Source: an uncultured bacterium (lineage in GTDB: Bacteria; Hydrothermota; Tepidihabitantia; SM23-42). From it: a stretch of DNA of 64,000 nucleotides. The stretch lies in the NCBI GenBank assembly GCA_965603515.1, contig CBFDDH010000006.1:20761-84760 (forward strand). The letters are read 5' to 3'. The notes beneath the pieces were generated by a model. It saw nothing but the letters and a program-made list of their open reading frames with translations, made no database searches and was not told the DNA's origin. Below, piece after piece: positions 48,777 through 56,272 of this stretch. The stretch's first letter is position 1. Each line of letters starts with the position of its first letter. Made by a program: the position numbers and the translations under genes.

Positions 48777-50551
48777 TGTCTGAGCTTGGTGAAGTCAAAA
48801 GGAAAGTTGCTGAGTTTGTTGCCAAAGGTGATACCAAAAAAGCCATAACCGAATTAGAACAAGCAGTAAAAGAATTTCCCAGGGAAGGTTCCTTATTCAA
48901 TAAACTCGGTGATCTTCTCATAAAAGTCAATCGCAAAAACGAGGCACTCAGTGCATACGAGCAAGGTGCCCGGGTATTCAAAGAAGAGACTTATTTCCCA
49001 AATGCCATTGCGCTGTGTAAAAAAATACTGCGACTTGAAACAAACCGGACAACGATCTATGAATTGCTCGGCGAGTTGCATAAGCAATTAGACCAGCGCG
49101 GTGAAGCCGCGAATTACTTTCTCGAGTATGCAGAACGAAAGATGAAAGAAAATGATATGGATGCTGTACTCGTAGCCTATAATACTATAAAAGAACTTGT
49201 TCCCAACAACCCTAAAATACTTGAGACGATTTCTGCAATATATGAAAAGGTCGGTAAAAAAGAAGAGGGTGAAGAACTTCTAAGAGAAGCACATGAACTT
49301 GAAGACAAACAGGGAAAGCTGAGAGAGAAAATGATCACCGAAGAACCACAAGCAGAAATTGAAAAAGAAATCGAGGAAGAAACAGAAGAAGTTGTTGATG
49401 AACCTGAAGTGGCAGTAGAAGAAGAGGTTTCTGAGCAGGGAGCTGAAGAAGCAAAGGCGGATATACCGCTTGAGGATTTCGTATCGCCTGAAGTAGCGGA
49501 GCTGCTCAAAGATGATGAGATCTCAGCCGGGGAGGAAGACGATGTTACAGAAACGCCGAGCGCATTATCCGAGATTGACAAAACTGTCGAGTTGGGTGAA
49601 CTTTATCTCAACCTTGGTTCTGAAGAAGAAGCTATTGATTGTTTCCGCAGTGCGGCAAATGAGGCATGGGGTAGCAAAAAATATGATCAGTCTTTTGATC
49701 TTAACAAGAAAATAGCTGACCTGAGGCCTTTTGATCTCAGGTCGCGCCAGCATCTTGTCGAGATCGGTAAGATAAAGCAGGACATGGATTTACAGATAGA
49801 TGCGATGGTTGACTTGGCTGAATCGCTGAGTCGGCGCGAAGCGAAAAGTGAAGCCCGGGATTTATGCAAGAAGATCCTTGAGCTTGATCCAGAAAACGCT
49901 AAGGCTCAAGAGATGTTTGCGGCACTTGAGCAACCCCAGGATTACATAGACCTTGGCGAAGTTCTCAGAACCGAAATGGAAGATGAGAAGAAATCTGATA
50001 GCATTCAAGGTATTGAAGAGTTGATTTCTCAATTCCGACGCGAGGTCTTTGAATCTATCGGCGAGGGCGATTTTCGGTCACGTTATGACCTCGGAGTTGC
50101 CTATAAAGGTATGGGTCTTTTTCAAGAAGCCATTGAAGAATTCGAAATCGCCGCAAAAGACCCTGAACTTAGACTCAAGTCGTATGAAATGATCGGGTCA
50201 TGCTTTCTCGAACGCGGTAAGGCAGATGATGCGATAAAGATATTGAGCGCTGGTCTGAAGATCACAGATCGACCGGCACGGGAATACTTTGGCATTCATT
50301 TTCTCCTCGGTAACTGCTATGAGAGAATGAAGAAAATGAAGGATGCACTGCAATTTTACATGAATGCTTATAAGATCGATAAAACAGTACCTGACTTGGT
50401 ACGCAAAATTAATGATCTTAAGAAAAAATACATAGCCGAAGCAAAGAAAAAAGGTAAGAAAATTGTTACGAAGCCACCAGTGAAGGCAGAACCGAAATCT
50501 GTAAAAGCAAGTAAGGTCCGGGCAAAGAAGTCCAAGATCACATATTTATAG
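48776..50551 (+). CDS. Cytoplasmic TPR protein with acidic linker (SgmX-like paralogue 2)
   Basis: LFNKLGDL, NAIALCKKIL, Glu-rich spacer, QFRREV..YDLGVAYKGMGLFQEAIEEF, basic tail ending KITYL. Confidence 0.82.
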   Translation: MSELGEVKRKVAEFVAKGDTKKAITELEQAVKEFPREGSLFNKLGDLLIKVNRKNEALSAYEQGARVFKEETYFPNAIALCKKILRLETNRTTIYELLGELHKQLDQRGEAANYFLEYAERKMKENDMDAVLVAYNTIKELVPNNPKILETISAIYEKVGKKEEGEELLREAHELEDKQGKLREKMITEEPQAEIEKEIEEETEEVVDEPEVAVEEEVSEQGAEEAKADIPLEDFVSPEVAELLKDDEISAGEEDDVTETPSALSEIDKTVELGELYLNLGSEEEAIDCFRSAANEAWGSKKYDQSFDLNKKIADLRPFDLRSRQHLVEIGKIKQDMDLQIDAMVDLAESLSRREAKSEARDLCKKILELDPENAKAQEMFAALEQPQDYIDLGEVLRTEMEDEKKSDSIQGIEELISQFRREVFESIGEGDFRSRYDLGVAYKGMGLFQEAIEEFEIAAKDPELRLKSYEMIGSCFLERGKADDAIKILSAGLKITDRPAREYFGIHFLLGNCYERMKKMKDALQFYMNAYKIDKTVPDLVRKINDLKKKYIAEAKKKGKKIVTKPPVKAEPKSVKASKVRAKKSKITYL

Positions 50552-50560
50552 GAGATAATC

Positions 50561-51379
50561 ATCGGTTACGAGAGGTATTATAAGTTAAAAGAACACCCCT
50601 TCAGTTTTGCTACTGATGAGAAATTCTACTACGACTCACCGCAACATTCAAAGGCCTTGGTGAAACTAAGTCACGCGGTTGAAACTGAGAAAGGGCTTGC
50701 TTTGATGATCGGCGATATCGGAACCGGCAAGACAACATTATCAAGGCGGCTTCTTGATCAACTTATCGATAATGGGATTGAAGCAACGCTTTTAGTGATC
50801 ATCCATTCAGAGATCACTTCTTTGTGGTTCTTAAAGAAAATCGCCCTGATGCTCGAGACGCCGATCGAGTCAGAAAACAAGATAGAGATAATAACCGCGA
50901 TTTACCACCGTCTTCTGGATATTACAGGCAAAGACAGGAAAGTCGTTATTCTGATCGACGAAGCCAATATGCTGCAAACAAGAGAAATAATGGAGGAGAT
51001 CCGTGGTCTGCTCAATCTGGAATCAGAGCACGGTAAGCTCTTAAACTTCATTCTCTTCGGCTTACCAGAGATGGAAGACTATCTAAAACTTGATCCACCG
51101 CTGTATCAGCGCATTGCGGTCCGTTGTGTTCTTGATGCCCTGGATGCAAAGGCTGCTACCAATTATATCATCCATCGTCTTCGGGTTGCTGGCTGTATGA
51201 AACCGCTCATGACCAAAGAAGCTTTGGATAGAGTATACACATATTCAAAAGGTATACCACGTACGATCAATGCGATTTGTGACAATGCGTTGTTGGAAGG
51301 TTTCCTTTTGAAACGGGAAGTGATTGAAGCAAAGATCATAGACGAGGTCAGTTCTGATCTCGGACTCAAGGTCAATTAG
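50561..51379 (+). CDS. ExeA/GspA-family AAA+ ATPase (stand-alone), copy 2; probable ATC start
   Basis: GDIGTGKTT, ILIDEA, LYQRI, GIPR.IN..CDNALL; homology to copy 1 extends 32 codons upstream of the track start (GYERYYKLKEHPF..DEKFYYDSPQH). Confidence 0.85.
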   Translation: MGYERYYKLKEHPFSFATDEKFYYDSPQHSKALVKLSHAVETEKGLALMIGDIGTGKTTLSRRLLDQLIDNGIEATLLVIIHSEITSLWFLKKIALMLETPIESENKIEIITAIYHRLLDITGKDRKVVILIDEANMLQTREIMEEIRGLLNLESEHGKLLNFILFGLPEMEDYLKLDPPLYQRIAVRCVLDALDAKAATNYIIHRLRVAGCMKPLMTKEALDRVYTYSKGIPRTINAICDNALLEGFLLKREVIEAKIIDEVSSDLGLKVN

Positions 51380-51381
51380 AG

Positions 51382-52266
51382 TTGATCAAAGGCGCTCCAT
51401 TGTCTTCTCAGCCAAATAAGCATTTCGCCGACCTCCATATTCATTCAACATACTCTGACGGTTCATATACCCCTTATGAAATAGTGCAAATCTGCAAGCG
51501 ATTGAATCTGAACGCAATCGCGATTACTGATCATGATACGGTATCGGGTGTTGAAGAAGCAATGTCCCATTCTAAACACGGTTTTGAGGTTATCCCAGCA
51601 GTTGAGATGAGTTCAAATATCGGCGATCTGGATATTCATATGCTTGGTTACTATCTGGATTATAAAAACCCTCATTTGTTATCATACTTGGACGATTTCA
51701 AAAAACATCGTGCCGAACGGATCAAGGAAATCATCGGTAAACTGTCGAATGACGGAATCAGACTGGAATTTGAACAAATCAAGATGGTTGCCAAAGATTG
51801 CTCTTTAGGCAGACCCCATATTGCTGAGGTTCTCATGGAAAACGGATATGTGAAGTCAATCGCGGAAGCCTTTTACAAATACCTGGGTTACGGGCAGCCA
51901 TACTATGTCCCGAAGAAAGATGCTCAGCCAAAAGAGGTAATAAGAATAATAAAGGAATCCAATGGCGTTCCAGTTATTGCTCATCCGGGGACTATAAATA
52001 GCGAATCCATAATCTACCAGCTAATCATAGATGGTGCTTTGGGTATTGAAGTCTGGCATCCAGAGCACACGCTGCGCTGGCGCCAAGGATTTTATGAGAT
52101 CGCTCTAAAAAACGATTTGTTGATGACCGGGGGCTCTGATTGTCATGGTAAGCGTGCTGATGCGGTGAGAATTGGGGTTATAGGGTGCGGTGAAGAAGAA
52201 GTGAACAAGCTCAAGAAATGCCATGATAGAATATGTAATGAACATAACGAAAGAGTAATCATCTAG
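51382..52266 (+). CDS. PHP domain phosphoesterase (TrpH/YciV-like)
   Basis: DLHIHS..SDG, AITDHD, IH.LGY, RPHIA, AHP, TGGSDCHG. Confidence 0.92.
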   Translation: MIKGAPLSSQPNKHFADLHIHSTYSDGSYTPYEIVQICKRLNLNAIAITDHDTVSGVEEAMSHSKHGFEVIPAVEMSSNIGDLDIHMLGYYLDYKNPHLLSYLDDFKKHRAERIKEIIGKLSNDGIRLEFEQIKMVAKDCSLGRPHIAEVLMENGYVKSIAEAFYKYLGYGQPYYVPKKDAQPKEVIRIIKESNGVPVIAHPGTINSESIIYQLIIDGALGIEVWHPEHTLRWRQGFYEIALKNDLLMTGGSDCHGKRADAVRIGVIGCGEEEVNKLKKCHDRICNEHNERVII

Positions 52267-52284
52267 TTAGCATTAGGGGGCATA

Positions 52285-52698
52285 GTGAACCAAGATGAAA
52301 TTACGGAGATCTTACCACATCGTCCACCATTTCTGTTTGTTGATGAGGTAGTGGAAATCAGCGATACAAGGATTGTTGCGAAAAAGCATGTGCGTGCTGA
52401 TGAATATTTCTTTGCGGGTCATTTTCCGAAAGAACCGATTATGCCGGGTGTTTTAGTGGTTGAGGCACTCGCGCAAACCGGCGGCGTGATGTTGCTCCGC
52501 AAGAAGAAAGGCATGGTTCCTCTTTTTTTCGGTATTGATAAAGCGCGATTCAAGAAAATAGTGCGCCCTGGTGATACACTTTTTATGGAAGTTGAAATAT
52601 TACAGGAACGTGGTGATGTGGTTAGGATATCAGGGGTTGCCAGAGTTGATGGTGAGGTTGTCTGTCAGGCAGTGATTATGGCAGGTATAAAGAAGTAA
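52285..52698 (+). CDS. fabZ: 3-hydroxyacyl-ACP dehydratase
   Basis: LPHR.PFL.VD, F.GHFP..PIMPGVL..EALAQ, F...V.PGD. Confidence 0.95.
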   Translation: MNQDEITEILPHRPPFLFVDEVVEISDTRIVAKKHVRADEYFFAGHFPKEPIMPGVLVVEALAQTGGVMLLRKKKGMVPLFFGIDKARFKKIVRPGDTLFMEVEILQERGDVVRISGVARVDGEVVCQAVIMAGIKK

Positions 52699-52731
52699 GT
52701 TCAAACTCATCTTCATAAAGAGCCCACAAAA

Positions 52732-53514
52732 GTGAAACATTCAACTATTAGCAAGAATGCAGAGATCGATAAATCAGTTGTTATCGGTCCTTATTCCGTA
52801 ATCGAAGATGATGTAAGTATCAGTGCAGATAACAAAATAGGCAGTCATGTTATAATCAGAAGCGGTTCGATGATCGGCAAGGGCAATACGATATGTGCGG
52901 GTGTGCAGATCGGTATAGACCCGCAAGACTATCATTTCAAGGGTGAGCCATCAAAATGCCTGATCGGCAATAATAATATCATTAGAGAATACGTAACTAT
53001 TTCAAGAGCGACTGGTGAAAATGAGGTGACCCGTATCGGCAATGATAATTTTGTGATGACCTATGTGCATATAGCGCACAATATACGACTCGGCAATAAC
53101 AATATTATATCAAGTGGAAGCCAGCTCGGCGGTTACGTTGAACTTGAAGATTTCGTGCATGTCGGAGGACTTGTTGGTGTGCATCAGTTCTGCAAAATCG
53201 GCAAATACGCAATGCTCGGTGCTATGTCATATTTAAATAAAGACATACCGCCGTATATATTAGCACGCGGTAACCCAGTAAGAGCATACGGGGTGAACGT
53301 CCGGGGACTGCAACATAATGGATTCACGGCTCAAGAAGTTGAAACCCTCAAGACATTGTATCGACTGATATATGAATCCTCTAATACGCTGACAAAATGT
53401 CTTGAGTTGTTGAAGGAAAAAGAATATCTTGGTGAGTTTGCTCAGGAAATGATCGAATTTATCAACGCATCAAAACGTGGCATACTTTTGAAGCGCCGTA
53501 TAGAAGAGACCTGA
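52732..53514 (+). CDS. lpxA: Acyl-ACP--UDP-N-acetylglucosamine O-acyltransferase
   Basis: Hexapeptide repeats, PQD..F.GE, IREYVTI.R.T, HIAH, VHQF..IG, D.PPY. Confidence 0.95.
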   Translation: MKHSTISKNAEIDKSVVIGPYSVIEDDVSISADNKIGSHVIIRSGSMIGKGNTICAGVQIGIDPQDYHFKGEPSKCLIGNNNIIREYVTISRATGENEVTRIGNDNFVMTYVHIAHNIRLGNNNIISSGSQLGGYVELEDFVHVGGLVGVHQFCKIGKYAMLGAMSYLNKDIPPYILARGNPVRAYGVNVRGLQHNGFTAQEVETLKTLYRLIYESSNTLTKCLELLKEKEYLGEFAQEMIEFINASKRGILLKRRIEET

Positions 53515-53524
53515 TACGTAAGAG

Positions 53525-53620
53525 CTATCTCAATTTCTTCTTATGACGGTCTCTTTTGCGTCTTTTCTTTAGTTTGTGCTTTTTTATTTTTTTTAACTTT
53601 CTTTTCTTGCCACAAGGCAT
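53525..53620 (-). CDS. AURKAIP1/COX24-domain small basic protein (ribosomal bS22/mS38-like), absent from ORF track
   Basis: MPCGKKRKLKKIKKHKLKKRRKRDRHKKKLR; SD AAGGAGG; promoter TTGACT-N16-TATAAT at 53675-53648. Confidence 0.85.
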   Translation of the reverse strand: MPCGKKRKLKKIKKHKLKKRRKRDRHKKKLR

Positions 53621-53732
53621 GGATCAAAACCTCCTTTTCACTGACAGATTATACAGATTTACCTCGGTAAGTCAAGTATCGCATGAGATTGTATCCCATT
53701 GACATAGCTCTGTTTTCGGAATAGAATATACT

Positions 53733-54236
53733 ATGTTTCTTATTTTCGTTATCAGCCAAGCATTATGCGGGTTTGAAGAGAATGCCTATAAGACAATGAG
53801 TGAAAGCCTGCAGGTTAAGCCCATTGCTTGTTTGATGAAGGGTATTTCCTTTGTATCGAGACCAGAGTTCAGCATCGTTAATCCGGCGTTCTCCTATTTT
53901 CTTGATCGGGATGATTTGGTTAAGCAGGATGTCGCGGGTTTTGTCGCAAACTGGGCGACGGTTCTGCCCCTTAAATATTTCGTAAACCGTAAGCGACCAA
54001 TAACACATGGTTCACGTTGGGATTCCTCATTTCCCTCAGGTCATGCTACTTTCTGTTTTACGCATACAGTCATTCTAACCCATCATTATCCTGAGTTGAA
54101 AGTGCCGATGTACCTGTATGCAACGATAGTTGGTTTTTCTCGCATCTATTTAAAAAAACACTATCCAACTGATGTCATTGCTGGTGCAGTACTGGGGATC
54201 TTTACTGGCTATTTGGTGATAAAACTAGTTGAATAA
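53733..54236 (+). CDS. PAP2 family phosphatase
   Basis: K......RP, SFPSGH, SRIYL..HYP.DV..G. Confidence 0.9.
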   Translation: MFLIFVISQALCGFEENAYKTMSESLQVKPIACLMKGISFVSRPEFSIVNPAFSYFLDRDDLVKQDVAGFVANWATVLPLKYFVNRKRPITHGSRWDSSFPSGHATFCFTHTVILTHHYPELKVPMYLYATIVGFSRIYLKKHYPTDVIAGAVLGIFTGYLVIKLVE

Positions 54237-54245
54237 TCGAGAGGT

Positions 54246-55412
54246 CTAATCCTCTGGTTTTTTATATTGAATCCATTGTCCCTTTTTGATCTCGGGTTTT
54301 TCTTTTATCCAATACTTGGGATCAACATGAACCCGGTTTACGACAAACCCCCAATGTAGGTTAGGGCCTGTACATAAGCCGGTTCTGCCCAGTTTTCCGA
54401 TGTACTGTCCTTTCTTGACTCTATCACCCTTTTCTACACACAATGAATCCAAATGAATATAAATCGTGTGTATTTTCTGACCATGGGCGATAACAATACT
54501 TTTGCCATGGACCTCTAGGTTCCTTGCCATGACAACAACGCCGTGATTAGGGGCATAGACCTTAGTACCTACGACATTTGCGATATCTACGGCTTTATGA
54601 GACCATTTGTCAAGGTTTTCATTGTAGCGTCGCGGTGTACCAAAGAGCCCGGTAATGGTTCCAGAACACGGCCAGATAAAGTCGCTGTCGTATAGAATTG
54701 AATCCGGGTTTTTACCGTAGGCGCGAGCAAAATAATTGCCTTCATACTTGAGCATTTCAAGGGTTTCTTCAGTGAGGACGCTGATATCAAGATCAGCCGT
54801 GTCCTCTTCAGAAAAACCACCGGGGATGACTGTAAACGGCATCTCAAATTTTTTTGGCTCATTTTTTTTCTGATAACGCAGGGTCATCATATAATCACCC
54901 GGTTCTGTATTCATCGGCACCGCAAGCACGGTATTATAGGTGTTGGGTGCAATTAGGTAAAGCTTATACGTTCGATACAGAAAATTGATTTTTGGATCTT
55001 CCAAGGGTAGGATGACCGTAATATTGAGGTTCGCGATCTCCCCCTGGTGATAAGTATCTTTATCCATGGAAATCCGCTGGATCAAACCATTGATGAGTGA
55101 TACCACTGAGGTTTGACTGGCATCGAAAGAACGAATTTCATAATCAAGTCGAAGCATGACTGGCTCAAGAGTTTCATCAGGCATAGTCTGTTTGAATTCT
55201 ATGATCTTGCTCGAGCGGACTAATCTACGCTCTAATGATATAGAAGGTTCATGTGCAACCGGCAGCGGTTCAGTTTCTTTATTAGCTTTTTCATCAACCG
55301 GATCAGCGGCTAGAATATTGTGCTCAAATGGTATGCTGAACCTGTGAGTAAAGCACGCCGCAATAAACAGAAGTAGTGATAGGCTACGGAGTTTTTGCAC
55401 AGCGGAACCCAT
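54246..55412 (-). CDS. M23 family metallopeptidase lipoprotein (start may be GTG 55400)
   Basis: IAAC lipobox, FG..R, HKAVD, Y.HL, TG..TGPNLHW. Confidence 0.85.
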   Translation of the reverse strand: MGSAVQKLRSLSLLLFIAACFTHRFSIPFEHNILAADPVDEKANKETEPLPVAHEPSISLERRLVRSSKIIEFKQTMPDETLEPVMLRLDYEIRSFDASQTSVVSLINGLIQRISMDKDTYHQGEIANLNITVILPLEDPKINFLYRTYKLYLIAPNTYNTVLAVPMNTEPGDYMMTLRYQKKNEPKKFEMPFTVIPGGFSEEDTADLDISVLTEETLEMLKYEGNYFARAYGKNPDSILYDSDFIWPCSGTITGLFGTPRRYNENLDKWSHKAVDIANVVGTKVYAPNHGVVVMARNLEVHGKSIVIAHGQKIHTIYIHLDSLCVEKGDRVKKGQYIGKLGRTGLCTGPNLHWGFVVNRVHVDPKYWIKEKPEIKKGQWIQYKKPED

Positions 55413-56172
55413 AATAGCGGTCCTGCACGAATGGTTTTAGTTCCATTCTTGATGAGCACTTCAAGTATTTAGGATTAATGCTCAACCATGAGCCCCCTCG
55501 AAGTACCCGGGTGTAACCAGAATCAGGTCCAGTAGGATTTTTTTCTGGGCTGATCTTATAATATTCTTGGTCATAGAAATCCTGACACCACTCCCAGACA
55601 TTTCCTGCGACGTCATACAATCCGTAATTGTTCGGCGCATACTTCCCCACTGGAGCTGAGTAGTCATAACCATCTTTTTCTCTGAATGGCTTGGGAGCAT
55701 AATTGCATCTTTTTGCTACTGCCTCATCTCCCCATGGGAATTGTTTGCCTTCCAGGCCACCTCGCGCAGCGTATTCCCATTCTGCCTCAGTGGGTAAACG
55801 TTTACGCTTCCACTGGGTATAGGTCAGAGCATCGTAATAACTCACGCCAACGACTGGTTGATCAGGTTTATTAAGGTCTCGATCTCTGAAAAAGGGTGGT
55901 TTTGGATGACCGGTTGCTTCGATGAATTCCCTGTACTGACGATTCGTTACCTCATGTTTATCAATGAAGAAAGCGTCTATCCAGATCTTGTGCTTAGGAC
56001 TTGCAGTGCCAGAATCACTGCCCATTGTAAAATATCCAGCTGGGATCAGAACCATGCCTTGAGGAGGTATAAAAACCAGTTCCTCAGTAACCTGTGGTGT
56101 TGGTTCTTCTGGTTTCCCGCAGTTTAAGAATATCAACGCTATAATTGCGACTATTAACAATGTATTTTTCAT
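55384..56172 (-). CDS. FGE-sulfatase (SUMF1) domain lipoprotein
   Basis: F.MGS, EVTN.QY, PVV.VS, RLPTEAEWEYAARG, N.YGLYD..GNVWEW, RGGSW, GFRC. Confidence 0.9.
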   Translation of the reverse strand: MKNTLLIVAIIALIFLNCGKPEEPTPQVTEELVFIPPQGMVLIPAGYFTMGSDSGTASPKHKIWIDAFFIDKHEVTNRQYREFIEATGHPKPPFFRDRDLNKPDQPVVGVSYYDALTYTQWKRKRLPTEAEWEYAARGGLEGKQFPWGDEAVAKRCNYAPKPFREKDGYDYSAPVGKYAPNNYGLYDVAGNVWEWCQDFYDQEYYKISPEKNPTGPDSGYTRVLRGGSWLSINPKYLKCSSRMELKPFVQDRYYGFRCAKTP

Positions 56173-56272
56173 GAGCTCCACCTTTTGGTGATAATATCCA
56201 AAATAGCCTGTATGTCAATACAGTAACTTTTAATGAAGAACGTATGAGAAGACAGGCTTTAGATTTACACTA

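Noticed and set aside
47955-51379. ExeA-like ATPases as Tn7 TnsC/TniB or Mu-B transposition ATPases, or as part of a T2SS
   Set aside because: No adjacent transposase/TniQ or gsp genes; the N-terminal Y..FYG....PF motif and TPR partners fit stand-alone ExeA-family proteins
48776-51379. Pyrrolysine or recoded TAG producing a TPR-ATPase fusion
   Set aside because: TAG ends many normal genes here, no pyl genes are seen, both TPR paralogues share a terminal motif, and an SD precedes the ATC; kept only as a minor alternative
55384-56172. FGE-sulfatase domain as a diversity-generating retroelement target
   Set aside because: I saw no second copy of its 3' region (template repeat) and no reverse transcriptase in the window
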